64,000 bases of DNA, from positions 27,107 through 91,106 of the IMG/VR virus record IMGVR_UViG_3300030329_003954; one strand, given 5' to 3'. The stretch comes from a virus. The translations under genes were made by a program, and so were the position numbers. Positions 40,358 through 49,778 of the stretch are shown here, in pieces. The notes beneath the pieces were generated by a model. The model searched no databases. It had not been told where the DNA came from and was given only the letters and a program-made list of their open reading frames with translations. Each line of letters starts with the position of its first letter. Positions within the stretch are counted from its first letter, which is position 1.

Positions 40358-40767
40358 AAGAAATTTACTCAAAGCTAAACAGTGAGAAGTTGCTTCACAT
40401 GCTTTATCGGTTTGATGAGTTCACTGAGGCAAGGACAGAACTGGTTGCAGCAGACAATTTCATTCAGTGCGCTCATCTTAAGATGAAAAAAGGTTTAACC
40501 TTTAGACCACATCAGCATATCTGGAAAAAGCCAAACTATGATTCATGCATAGCTCAGGAGAGTTGGGTTGTAATGAGAGGTAGCATCTTGGTTACTTATT
40601 ATGATACCGATGGTACTTTGCTAGAAAAAGTAATTTTGAACACTGGAGATATATCTTTCACTTTAGAGGGTGGACACACCTACGAGATAATGGAGGATGA
40701 TACATTAGTGTACGAATACAAGACTGGTCCGTATGAAGGCCAGGGGAAGGATAAGGTATTTCTGTGA
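40354..40767 (+). CDS. Cupin (WbuC-like)
   Basis: PHQH, QE, GGH, E.KTGPY. Confidence 0.7.
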   Translation: MKEIYSKLNSEKLLHMLYRFDEFTEARTELVAADNFIQCAHLKMKKGLTFRPHQHIWKKPNYDSCIAQESWVVMRGSILVTYYDTDGTLLEKVILNTGDISFTLEGGHTYEIMEDDTLVYEYKTGPYEGQGKDKVFL

Positions 40768-41294
40768 AACTTCACTTAGGTTGTGGTAAGAGAGATTTTG
40801 GTAAAGACTGGCACCACATCGATTACGTGGATTATCCTCATGTAGTCTCTAATGATGTTGTTAAGCTTCCTTACGATGATGATAGTTGCGACTTACTGTA
40901 TGCCTCCCATTTATTGGAGTACTTCGACAGAGACGAAGCTGCACATGTGCTTAAGGAATGGCGAAGAGTTCTGAAAAAAGATGGCATCCTTCGCTTGGCT
41001 GTTCCTAATTTTGCCGTTCTTACTGGTCTTTATGATCAGGGTGAAATAACGTTAGATCAAGTCTTAGGTCCTCTTTATGGTAAGTTTAATGATCCTGCAA
41101 TTTACCACAAAACAACTTACGACTTTCTCTCAATTCAAAGAATATTAGTCGATGCTGGTTTTAGATTCGTGAAAGCTTATGACTGGAGAACCACCGAGCA
41201 CGCTAATTTTGATGATCACTCACAAGCTTACATCCCTCACATGGACAAGGATAATGGTGTTTTAATTAGCTTGAATGTTGAGGCGATAAAATGA
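40764..41294 (+). CDS. SAM-dependent methyltransferase, paralog of 38215
   Basis: LHLGCG, SHLLEY, DDHSQAYIPHMDK. Confidence 0.85.
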   Translation: MKLHLGCGKRDFGKDWHHIDYVDYPHVVSNDVVKLPYDDDSCDLLYASHLLEYFDRDEAAHVLKEWRRVLKKDGILRLAVPNFAVLTGLYDQGEITLDQVLGPLYGKFNDPAIYHKTTYDFLSIQRILVDAGFRFVKAYDWRTTEHANFDDHSQAYIPHMDKDNGVLISLNVEAIK

Positions 41295-41893
41295 GTTTTG
41301 ATGATGTAGCAAAATTCGAGACTGAGGTGGCCAGATTCTATGGCGCACCTTACGCGGTCGCTACAGATTGTTGTACTCACGCCATTGAACTATGTTTGAG
41401 ACACACAAAGGCTGATGACATTGTCATTCCTTGTAGAACTTATATCTCAGTTCCCTTTACGGCAGAGAAGCTGAAACTTAACTGGTCCTTTGACGACTGG
41501 GACTGGAAGAACTACTACACTCTTGGGAATACATATATCATAGACGCTGCCGTTCATTGGCAAGAGAATGGCTATGTTCCTGGAAGTCTCATGTGCCTAA
41601 GTTTTCAATTTCAAAAACATTTAAGCTTAGGTAAGGGGGGTATGATACTAACTGATAGCCTATCGGATGCAGTGGCACTTAAGAAGATGTCTTATGATGG
41701 TAGACTTCCCAACATTCCCTGGAGGAAGCAAGACATAGCATCAACCGGATACCACTATTACATGACACCTGAAACGGCAAGAGCAGGCATCGAAAAACTC
41801 AAAGAAGCAAAGCAGCGCACTCCTCGTGAATGGGTTGTTACTGATTGGCCAGATCTCAGGAATATGACCGTTTTTAAAGATAAGAGACTATAA
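41291..41893 (+). CDS. Short DegT/DnrJ-family PLP aminotransferase
   Basis: AVATDCCTHAI, IDAA, SFQFQKHL..GKGG. Confidence 0.8.
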   Translation: MSFDDVAKFETEVARFYGAPYAVATDCCTHAIELCLRHTKADDIVIPCRTYISVPFTAEKLKLNWSFDDWDWKNYYTLGNTYIIDAAVHWQENGYVPGSLMCLSFQFQKHLSLGKGGMILTDSLSDAVALKKMSYDGRLPNIPWRKQDIASTGYHYYMTPETARAGIEKLKEAKQRTPREWVVTDWPDLRNMTVFKDKRL

Positions 41894-41901
41894 TAGGTCA
41901 T

Positions 41902-42612
41902 ATGCTTGATAGAATCCTAGTAAGTAACCAGCACAAGTTCATGCTCGTCTGGAACGCTAAGTGCGCTTGCGCTACGGCTAAAGTTTGGTTCTTAAATACT
42001 CATGGTGTTTTTGAGTGGGCTAAGTCTCCTCATGCAGAGTGTAATAATCGTGGTTATGCTTTAAGTAATCCATACATCTTAATGGAGGAACCCTACAAGG
42101 ACTTTTATAAATTCATAGTTGTAAGAAATCCATGGAAACGACTGGTGTCTTACTATGTGAATAAGAAGATCTTGATGAGGGATAAGAATCTGAACTTCCC
42201 CATAGAACTTGGGAATAACTCCTACAGTGGTGACATGACGTTCACCGATCTCGTAAACCTTTTAGAGAATGTTCATCCGTCTAGAATGGAAGAGCATGTG
42301 AAGTGTTACTCTTACGGAAATGTAGGACTACAATTCGATAGAGTGGTAAAGGTTGAGTCTCTTGCAACTGACATGAAGAAAGTTCAAGAAGACTTAGGTT
42401 TGAGTGATATCATTAACTTTGAGGATTTTTATTACCAGCCCCCATCCCCCTATACTGACACAACTCAGAATGTTTCAGACAAGAAACCCTTAGACTTCGA
42501 CAAAGATGATATTCCTTCTTACGAATATTTCTACACAGATGAGTTGATAGAGAAGGTTGGCAAGATCTACAAGCAAGATATAGATTTGTTTGATTACAAG
42601 TTTGAGGATTAG
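41902..42612 (+). CDS. Sulfotransferase (family 2-like)
   Basis: KCACAT, VRNPWKRLVSYY, Y..D..LFDY. Confidence 0.8.
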   Translation: MLDRILVSNQHKFMLVWNAKCACATAKVWFLNTHGVFEWAKSPHAECNNRGYALSNPYILMEEPYKDFYKFIVVRNPWKRLVSYYVNKKILMRDKNLNFPIELGNNSYSGDMTFTDLVNLLENVHPSRMEEHVKCYSYGNVGLQFDRVVKVESLATDMKKVQEDLGLSDIINFEDFYYQPPSPYTDTTQNVSDKKPLDFDKDDIPSYEYFYTDELIEKVGKIYKQDIDLFDYKFED

Positions 42613-42614
42613 GT

Positions 42615-43445
42615 ATGTACAAACACACCATAGGATTTCATCATGATTTCCTGTCTCCAGACATAACAGGAGCAGAAAATCAATGCTCTAACCACATTAC
42701 CCTTGTGAGAGGTAAAAGCTCAAACATGACAATCTATGTTGATTCGCTCATACCTCAAGTGAGTGATGTAAGCAAGTACAAGGTTGCCATGCTTGTAGAG
42801 CCGATCACAATACTACCAGGGATATATTCTTGGGTGGCTGAGAATTACGATAAATTCGACATGATTCTTACGCACCATAAGCCTTTACTTTCTCTAAGTA
42901 GTAAGTTTAGATACTATCCTGTGTGGCCCAGAATAAAGATGGACAAGACTAACTTTGGGTGGAAGGAACCCAAGAGTAAAAACATGTCCGTAATCTTTTC
43001 TAACAAAAGAGAGACTGCTGCACAAAAGTATAGGCACGACATAGTTGAAAAGTTTTCCAAACACTTTGATTTGTATGGCACAGGTTATCAACCTATAGAG
43101 GATAAGTCCACAGGCACGAAGCCTTACAGGTATCAAGTGGTTGTTGAGAATATATTCAGCGGATACACCTCTGAAAAAGCTAATGACTGTTTTGCTTGTG
43201 GAACAGTGCCTATTTATTATGGTGATAAGAATTCTAACATACATGACTATTATGATTCGAGAGGTGTGATCATTTTTGAAACGTTAGATGAGTTGTCCCA
43301 CATCATAAACAACGTCGCCAATGAGTCCTGGTATAACTCTAATTTAAAGGCGGTGGTAACTAATTACGAACTCGCAATCAACAATAGTGTCCATAAGGTT
43401 TTATGGGATCACGGAATTAGTGAGTTCTTTGAAAAGAGCGTATGA
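42615..43445 (+). CDS. GT10 alpha-1,3-fucosyltransferase-like
   Basis: YRYQVVVEN, YTSEK..DCF..GTVPIYYG. Confidence 0.8.
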   Translation: MYKHTIGFHHDFLSPDITGAENQCSNHITLVRGKSSNMTIYVDSLIPQVSDVSKYKVAMLVEPITILPGIYSWVAENYDKFDMILTHHKPLLSLSSKFRYYPVWPRIKMDKTNFGWKEPKSKNMSVIFSNKRETAAQKYRHDIVEKFSKHFDLYGTGYQPIEDKSTGTKPYRYQVVVENIFSGYTSEKANDCFACGTVPIYYGDKNSNIHDYYDSRGVIIFETLDELSHIINNVANESWYNSNLKAVVTNYELAINNSVHKVLWDHGISEFFEKSV

Positions 43446-44413
43446 CTATGAGTAATAAGAAAGCTTTAATAACTGGCATCGCAGGCCAAGACGGTAGTTA
43501 CTTGGCAGAACTTCTTCTGTCCAAGGGGTATGAGGTTCACGGCATTGTGCGTCGTAACTCTGTGTCTGAAAATCAAGACAGCAGAATTAGAGATCTTGAT
43601 CTTACGTTGCACTACGGGGATCTTTTAGATGTCCCATCACTGACCAGAATTATATCAGAGGTTAAGCCTGATGAGGTTTACAACTTAGGCGCTCAAAGCC
43701 ATGTTAGAGTCAGCTTTGATGTCCCCTCCTTCACGATTCAAACAAACGCATTAGGTGTTCTAAATCTATTGGAGGTTTGCCGACAAGTTGTCCCCAACGT
43801 CAAGTTCTATCAAGCGAGTTCCTCTGAGATGTTTGGAAACTCTGTTGATGACGATGGGCATCAAAGAAAAACCACACCCATGACACCAACCTCGCCTTAC
43901 GGCTGTGCTAAGGTAATGGGCTACAACTTAGTTAGACACTATCGAGCAGCTTACAATATGCACGCTTGTAACGGTATTCTGTTTAATCACGAGTCTCCAA
44001 GACGAGGTTCAAACTTTGTTACTAACAAGATTGTAAAGGGTGCTGTGGAGATTAAGAAAGGTAAGAGAAAGAAGCTTGCCTTAGGCAATCTGAATGCTTC
44101 AAGAGATTGGGGGCACTCTAAGGATTACGTTCGAGCGATGCATATGATTGTAAACAATGACAAAGCCGGAGACTGGGTTGTGGCGACAGGTGAAAGCCGA
44201 ACGATTAGAGACATGTGCAAAGTTACTTTCGAAAAGCTTGGACTTAACTACGAAGACTACGTTGAAGTAGACCCCAAGTATTTTAGGGCTCAAGAGCTTG
44301 ATTTCTTAAAAGGAGATTCCTCTGAGATTAGAGAGGTGTTAGGCTGGAAACCTGAATATACTTTTGAAAGTATGGTTGAAGAGATGGTTGACCACTGGAT
44401 GGAGATTGTGTAA
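43442..44413 (+). CDS. gmd: GDP-mannose 4,6-dehydratase
   Basis: GIAGQDGSYL, AQSHV, QASSSE, FNHESPRRG, RDWGH. Confidence 0.96.
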   Translation: MTMSNKKALITGIAGQDGSYLAELLLSKGYEVHGIVRRNSVSENQDSRIRDLDLTLHYGDLLDVPSLTRIISEVKPDEVYNLGAQSHVRVSFDVPSFTIQTNALGVLNLLEVCRQVVPNVKFYQASSSEMFGNSVDDDGHQRKTTPMTPTSPYGCAKVMGYNLVRHYRAAYNMHACNGILFNHESPRRGSNFVTNKIVKGAVEIKKGKRKKLALGNLNASRDWGHSKDYVRAMHMIVNNDKAGDWVVATGESRTIRDMCKVTFEKLGLNYEDYVEVDPKYFRAQELDFLKGDSSEIREVLGWKPEYTFESMVEEMVDHWMEIV

Positions 44414-44781
44414 TGGATCCTCGAAAGACAATAAAGTTTAATGAATATCAGGTAGCATGTAAGCGAACAGCCAACCCTGATATGTCTTGGGACGAAGCTA
44501 ATCTTAACTGGGCTTTAGGTATTGCTGGTGAGGCTGGTGAATACTGTGAATTAATTAAGAAAAAACATTTCCATGCAAAGCCACTGAATCGTCAAGATGC
44601 TAAGAAAGAACTTGGTGATATTCTTTACTATGTTGCAATGGCTGCTGCGAATCTTCAACTTGACCTCAGTGAAATTGCAGAGGCTAATGTAGAAAAATTA
44701 CTTGCTCGCTATCCTAATGGCTTTGTAAAGGGTGGTGGCGTTCGTCAAAGAAATAATGATCACGAAGACGATGGCTGCTAA
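44413..44781 (+). CDS. mazG: MazG-like nucleotide pyrophosphohydrolase
   Basis: GEAGE, ELGDILYY, N..KL..RYP. Confidence 0.88.
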   Translation: MDPRKTIKFNEYQVACKRTANPDMSWDEANLNWALGIAGEAGEYCELIKKKHFHAKPLNRQDAKKELGDILYYVAMAAANLQLDLSEIAEANVEKLLARYPNGFVKGGGVRQRNNDHEDDGC

Positions 44782-44785
44782 CCAA

Positions 44786-44950
44786 CTAAGCGATTCGACT
44801 TTTAAGCTTCTCAATCTCATCCTCCAGCATTACTGAAGCATCGGCTAGCGTTTTTTTGTAGGTGTCTGTATCTTCGTAGGAAGAGCAAGGTCTCTCATCA
44901 CTTTGAATAGTGTTGATTTTATCAAGAAGCTGCCTGTGAGTATCAGTCAT
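44786..44950 (-). CDS. Small hypothetical protein
   Basis: ATG at 44950 TAATG-coupled to upstream gene. Confidence 0.5.
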   Translation of the reverse strand: MTDTHRQLLDKINTIQSDERPCSSYEDTDTYKKTLADASVMLEDEIEKLKSRIA

Positions 44951-45228
44951 TAGCTTGCCTTTGTCATTAGAGTCGCGGCTGTGGTTATTAGTGAAAATAT
45001 CATACCCCAAAAAAGCCACCCCTGCTTCCACGTTCTTCTTTCTAGGGTCTCCAAAGCTCTTTTAATTCTTTTATGATCTTCAACGCAATTGGACAACTCT
45101 TCTAGTATTTCCTCCTGCTGTTTAGATAACAGTATTTGAAGCTCAATAGTTTTAGCGTGAACTTCAAGCTGTTGATTGAGGTCCGCTCTGGTGACCGTGT
45201 CGTTAGGGTTTTCAGGCACGATGGGCAT
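44950..45228 (-). CDS. Coiled coil plus C-terminal TM protein (holin-like architecture)
   Basis: TAAATA upstream; WLFWGMIFSLITTAATL. Confidence 0.5.
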   Translation of the reverse strand: MPIVPENPNDTVTRADLNQQLEVHAKTIELQILLSKQQEEILEELSNCVEDHKRIKRALETLERRTWKQGWLFWGMIFSLITTAATLMTKAS

Positions 45229-45283
45229 GGTATATAAGTATTTAGTGCTGGTAAAAATAGAACTGGTTGGTATAATTTAAGCC

Positions 45284-45706
45284 ATGCAAACGTTCCTGCC
45301 GTATCCCGATTTCCTGTCCTCCGTCAAAGCTCTAGACTACCGCCGTCTTGGCAAGCAGCGCGTTGAGGCTATGCAACTAGTTAATAGCACCAATAAGCTC
45401 GCCGCTAACCCTAGTGCTAAGGTTGGTTGGGCTAATCACCCTGCCCGTACCATGTGGCGTGGTTACCTGCCTGCTCTCAAGCTGTACCATAATGTCTGCA
45501 TCCAGGAGTGGATTGACCGTGGTTACAACAACACCATGAAGTATTATGATCTTCCTGATGATATTCAAATGCCCGACTGGATTGGCGACGACCGAGTCCA
45601 CGCTAGCCATCGTTCTAACCTTCTTCGTAAGGATCCTGATTATTACGCTGTGCATGGCTGGACTGAGCCAGATAATATTGAGTATTTCTGGCCTGTAGAG
45701 CTATAA
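45284..45706 (+). CDS. Pyrimidine-dimer DNA glycosylase family (DenV/MSMEG_6728-like)
   Basis: MQTFLP, LD.RRLGKQRVE, HPA..MW.G, SHRSNLLRK. Confidence 0.85.
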   Translation: MQTFLPYPDFLSSVKALDYRRLGKQRVEAMQLVNSTNKLAANPSAKVGWANHPARTMWRGYLPALKLYHNVCIQEWIDRGYNNTMKYYDLPDDIQMPDWIGDDRVHASHRSNLLRKDPDYYAVHGWTEPDNIEYFWPVEL

Positions 45707-45712
45707 TACTAC

Positions 45713-46690
45713 ATGAACAAAGACGTTTTAGCGAAGCTTAAGAATGCCTCTATGCTCTCGGAGCAGGAGCTTACACCAGACTTAATCTCTACGGGCTCGT
45801 ATGCTCTTAACAAAGTTATATCTGGTAAGTATAACGGTGGTGTGCCTATCGGCATGATCACGCAATTCATTGGTAAAGCATCCACGGCAAAGACCGTGTT
45901 TGGAACTCACATTTTACGTGAGGCTCAGAGAAAGGGCTACCACTCTGTCATCATAGATTCTGAGAACGCATACAATCCTAAGTTTGCAAAAACTCTGGGT
46001 GTAGATCCTGAGAAGTTGATCTATGCTGCACCGCCTACCGTTGAAGATTGCTTTGATACAATTGAGAAGATCATCAAAGCCATTCGTAGTGAGGACATGG
46101 GTACTCACCCTATCGTGATCTTCTACGATAGCTTGGCAGTGTCTCCCTCCAAGGCTGAGATGGATTCCGAGGGTTACGAGGGTAACAACATGCAAGGTGC
46201 GACTAGGGCCAAGCAGATAGGTGCAGCACTTCGTAAGCTTAACCCTACCTTGCGGCCAAATAACGTGGCTCTGGTTCTTGTGAATCAGATTAGAACAAAG
46301 GTCGGTGTCATGTATGGAGACCCCAGAACCTCTGCCGCAGGAGGCAATGCTCTTGAATATTATCTTGGAGTGAATCTAGAAACCTCAAAGACAGACCTAG
46401 TGGGTGATAAGGATAGTCCTACTGGGATTAGAGGTAAGGTCGTAAACAAGAAGAATAAGCTGATTGAGCCTTTCAAGACTTGTGAGTATGAGTTGATGTT
46501 CAACGAAGGTCTGAATCCCTACTATGGACTCTTGCCACACCTAGAACGCGACGGTATTGTAGAGCGTGGTGGATCCTGGTACACTGTCAAATCGACAGGT
46601 AAGAAATTCCAGTCTGCTCACCTCAAGGATCTTATTGAATCCGGTGATGAGGGAGTTGAACCTATTATTAATCTTCTAAATGAAGATTAG
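45713..46690 (+). CDS. uvsX: RecA/UvsX recombinase
   Basis: ISTGS, G.ASTAKT, DSE, DSLA, NQIR, GG.AL. Confidence 0.92.
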   Translation: MNKDVLAKLKNASMLSEQELTPDLISTGSYALNKVISGKYNGGVPIGMITQFIGKASTAKTVFGTHILREAQRKGYHSVIIDSENAYNPKFAKTLGVDPEKLIYAAPPTVEDCFDTIEKIIKAIRSEDMGTHPIVIFYDSLAVSPSKAEMDSEGYEGNNMQGATRAKQIGAALRKLNPTLRPNNVALVLVNQIRTKVGVMYGDPRTSAAGGNALEYYLGVNLETSKTDLVGDKDSPTGIRGKVVNKKNKLIEPFKTCEYELMFNEGLNPYYGLLPHLERDGIVERGGSWYTVKSTGKKFQSAHLKDLIESGDEGVEPIINLLNED

Positions 46691-46708
46691 TATATACTAT
46701 AATAACGT

Positions 46709-46924
46709 ATGGCAATCGAAGATAGACTTAGCATCATCATTGACGAGGCGTTGAAAAAGCAGTTATCTAACAGTAACGATATAAACGCCCCGTTTATTGA
46801 TATCGAGGACTACAAAAAGAAAACAGGCAAAAGATTTAGAATGACCAAAGCTCAACGTGAGTCTGGCCTTACACGAGAGCAAGCATTCCAGGAATTCATG
46901 GAAAATATGGTTGAAAAAGCATGA
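46709..46924 (+). CDS. Hypothetical protein
   Basis: TATAAT 5 nt before ATG. Confidence 0.6.
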   Translation: MAIEDRLSIIIDEALKKQLSNSNDINAPFIDIEDYKKKTGKRFRMTKAQRESGLTREQAFQEFMENMVEKA

Positions 46925-47133
46925 GTTTTATTCTTAAACGCATTGGGTTAATCATCTATGGTAATATATCAATATGGGAGTCGCTGGCAAATTTCGCCCT
47001 TTACGTCACACATCTCGATATCATTATCAAGCCTGTGGACTGGTCTATACCTTTTTATTTTTGGTATACAAACAAATTTATCAAAGGTAGCTACATCGCT
47101 AATCTTAAAACTAAACATGGGCAAGACATTTAG
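46921..47133 (+). CDS. Hypothetical hydrophobic protein
   Basis: ATGA overlap with previous gene. Confidence 0.45.
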   Translation: MSFILKRIGLIIYGNISIWESLANFALYVTHLDIIIKPVDWSIPFYFWYTNKFIKGSYIANLKTKHGQDI

Positions 47134-47323
47134 AAAAGAGAAAAGTTACGGACCCAGGCGTCCAAGACTAAATAGTCATAGAGATCTACCTGATTATCAA
47201 GATGACATCTTGGATGATGAGGACTTGTTTTATAACGACGAGGAATTATTAAATGGCAAACTACATTCTGAAGAACAAGATGTGGTCGGATCAGAAGATG
47301 AACCGACTCGTCAAGGAAATTAA
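47117..47323 (+). CDS. Small hypothetical protein (MGKTFRK...)
   Basis: Basic N-terminus, acidic C-terminus. Confidence 0.45.
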   Translation: MGKTFRKEKSYGPRRPRLNSHRDLPDYQDDILDDEDLFYNDEELLNGKLHSEEQDVVGSEDEPTRQGN

Positions 47324-47654
47324 AGACAACGCAAAGTCTGATCGTGATGCAGCACAACAGTTGTTTGAGGACTGTAAAGATGCAATGCAGGATCTAGGTC
47401 AGGCTCGTGTTAACTTTGATGATAACGGCAATCCAAATGTGGATGCGTTCACAAAAATTATAGCTGCATCTACTAACGCACTTGGTCAGATGGGCACCGC
47501 AAACGAAAAACTTCTCAAATTGGCACAGACCATGCAGAAGTATCAACTTAAAGAGATGGATTTAGAGGGTAAAGCTGGCCCATCTCAGCAGGAGTTGAAT
47601 GGTTCACTATTTAGTAACTTAAATGCGATGCTCAACAAGGACAAAGATGCCTAG
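47253..47654 (+). CDS. Hypothetical helical protein
   Basis: GAGG SD; overlaps neighbours. Confidence 0.6.
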   Translation: MANYILKNKMWSDQKMNRLVKEIKDNAKSDRDAAQQLFEDCKDAMQDLGQARVNFDDNGNPNVDAFTKIIAASTNALGQMGTANEKLLKLAQTMQKYQLKEMDLEGKAGPSQQELNGSLFSNLNAMLNKDKDA

Positions 47655-49029
47655 AAAGACTAACAGTATTAAAGCGTTCTCTGCCGAGTTAAACTCCATC
47701 ATTCACGTTAAGCGTTTGACCGAGCGTCAAGGCAAAATCTTGTTTAATAAGTTGACAAAATTTATTAAGCAAACCGCCTCTGGTGAATTCGATTTCGTTA
47801 AGTATGTGAAGCTAGTCATCGCTGACTCGGTGACTACTGATGAGAAGAAAACTTTCATCTCAAGAATGGAGGAGGCTTCTAATGTAAAGGAGACAGTGAA
47901 TGATCCTTTGCTGGAGTATAAGCTGTTGGGTGCCTACTACAGTGCCATTGTCGAATACTACCCAGACTTTAGAATAGAGTATGTATGCTATGAGATCAAT
48001 GAAGTACTGCCTGAATCTTTCATCTTCGAAACTCTTGTTAATGATGCAAAAAAAGACGAAGAGTTTAAAAAGAAATTAGAAGAAAAGACAAACAAAAAGA
48101 AGAAGAAGAAAGAAAAGCCTCTAAGTTCTCTACAATCTATTGAATCTTTAGAGATTTTTTTAAAGAAAAATATCATAGGTCAGAACGAAGCCATTCGTGC
48201 AGTTCGCGATGCTGTGAAGCTTAAAGCTGCTGACTTTAGCACTCACATGAATCTTTTTTTTATTGGCAAGACGGGTCGTGGGAAGACTCAATTAGCTAGA
48301 AAGCTCGGCGAAAAATACTCAAAACATTTTTGGGTTATTAACTGTGCTGAGTTCACGAATGGACATGAAGTCAGCAGGCTTCTTGGCTCACCCCCTGGCT
48401 ATATTGGGCACTCTGAAAGTTCTTTGATAAAGGAGAAAGCAGACAAATCTAACAGATGGACAATTGTATTTGATGAAATCGAAAAAGCACATCCCAAGCT
48501 ATACAACATCCTGCTTAGTCTGCTGGATACAGGTACTCTTACTGATAATTCTGGCAATGAAATTGATCTCACAGACTCAATTTTTATTATGACATCGAAT
48601 TGTGGTCTTAAAGATTTAAAGACTGAAGCTGTGGGATTTAGGAGTGGCATCAGTTCGGCTGGTGACAAGGAGCAGATCATGAAATCTATTGAGACTACTT
48701 TCTCACCTGAGTTTCGTGGTCGCGTTGATGAATTTGTTTTCTTTAACGATTTAACACAAGATGACATTAAAGAAATAGCTAAACTGGCTCTTGCAAAATA
48801 TCCAATCAAAGCAACCCCAGAAATAGTTGATTACGTAATTAAACATGGTTATTCAGAAGAATTTGGAGCTAGAGATATTCAGCGCGTTCTTAAAAGACTC
48901 GTGGGCCTACCGCTTGCTGACGAAATCTTGGCTAATCGACAACCTGAGAACGGCACAGGTAAGTATGATGCAGAGGTTAGAGAAAATAAGTTAGAAATCA
49001 TTAACACTTTTGGCGGCTCATCACTATAA
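47647..49029 (+). CDS. Clp-family AAA+ ATPase (single D2-type module)
   Basis: IIGQNEA, GKTGRGKT, LLGSPPGYIG, FDEIEKAH, MTSN, VGF, PEFRGRVD, GAR. Confidence 0.9.
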   Translation: MPRKTNSIKAFSAELNSIIHVKRLTERQGKILFNKLTKFIKQTASGEFDFVKYVKLVIADSVTTDEKKTFISRMEEASNVKETVNDPLLEYKLLGAYYSAIVEYYPDFRIEYVCYEINEVLPESFIFETLVNDAKKDEEFKKKLEEKTNKKKKKKEKPLSSLQSIESLEIFLKKNIIGQNEAIRAVRDAVKLKAADFSTHMNLFFIGKTGRGKTQLARKLGEKYSKHFWVINCAEFTNGHEVSRLLGSPPGYIGHSESSLIKEKADKSNRWTIVFDEIEKAHPKLYNILLSLLDTGTLTDNSGNEIDLTDSIFIMTSNCGLKDLKTEAVGFRSGISSAGDKEQIMKSIETTFSPEFRGRVDEFVFFNDLTQDDIKEIAKLALAKYPIKATPEIVDYVIKHGYSEEFGARDIQRVLKRLVGLPLADEILANRQPENGTGKYDAEVRENKLEIINTFGGSSL

Positions 49030-49036
49030 CTAAAAC

Positions 49037-49294
49037 ATGACATCTCAACAAACAGAACTCACTGCATATCTTATTGATGTGATGAGCCAGCTTAAAATAT
49101 TACAGTCTCGTGCTTCAAGAAGAAACAAGACTAAAAAGTTTAAAGCCATAGCCTCCATGCTCACTATCACATGGAGTCGAGCCAATGCAACATACAACTA
49201 TGTTAAAGCTGGCGGTCATGATGACTTCTCGGTGGTTATACAGCAGCAAATGTATGATCCCATTATTCAGTGGCTGGAGGGTGAGATTGCGTAA
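49037..49294 (+). CDS. Hypothetical protein
   Basis: ORF with upstream TATAAC. Confidence 0.55.
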   Translation: MTSQQTELTAYLIDVMSQLKILQSRASRRNKTKKFKAIASMLTITWSRANATYNYVKAGGHDDFSVVIQQQMYDPIIQWLEGEIA

Positions 49295-49478
49295 GCTTGC
49301 TGAGATAGGTAAATGCCAGTCTTGCGGAGACAAGGCTGAACTATACCTATACAACAAGGCTAAAACTTGCGCTACTTGTCTAGGAAGAGATGTTAGAGGA
49401 GTTACAAGACTAAGTATCTTAAAGAAGAATACAGGAAAGAAACATGAATTACGAAGACCTAGGAAAAGGAGTTGGTAA
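49287..49478 (+). CDS. Small zinc-finger protein
   Basis: GGAGG SD plus TTG; CQSC...CATC. Confidence 0.5.
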   Translation: MRKLAEIGKCQSCGDKAELYLYNKAKTCATCLGRDVRGVTRLSILKKNTGKKHELRRPRKRSW

Positions 49479-49755
49479 GTTAGTGGCTGAAAAGCAGGCT
49501 GCTTACGGGGATTCTTTTGGAAAAGCTCATAAGATTCTTAAGGTATTGTTCCCAGATGGGATTAAGCCTGAGCAATATTTAGATGTGCTTACTATTTGTA
49601 GGGTAGTTGACAAACTCTTTAGATTGGCAACAGACCCAACTTATGGTGATGAATCTCCTTGGCGAGATATCTGTGGATACAGCCTTCTTAGTATGGGTAA
49701 GGATGCACGCGAATCTTCTAGAGAAGAATCTATCAGATTAGATGAAAATTCGTAA
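49444..49755 (+). CDS. Nucleotide-modification-associated (DUF1599/Nmad-like) protein
   Basis: KQAAYGDSF, DKLFR, E.PWRDICGY. Confidence 0.7.
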   Translation: MNYEDLGKGVGKLVAEKQAAYGDSFGKAHKILKVLFPDGIKPEQYLDVLTICRVVDKLFRLATDPTYGDESPWRDICGYSLLSMGKDARESSREESIRLDENS

Positions 49756-49778
49756 CGTCCTGTGCTATAATGTCTTAC

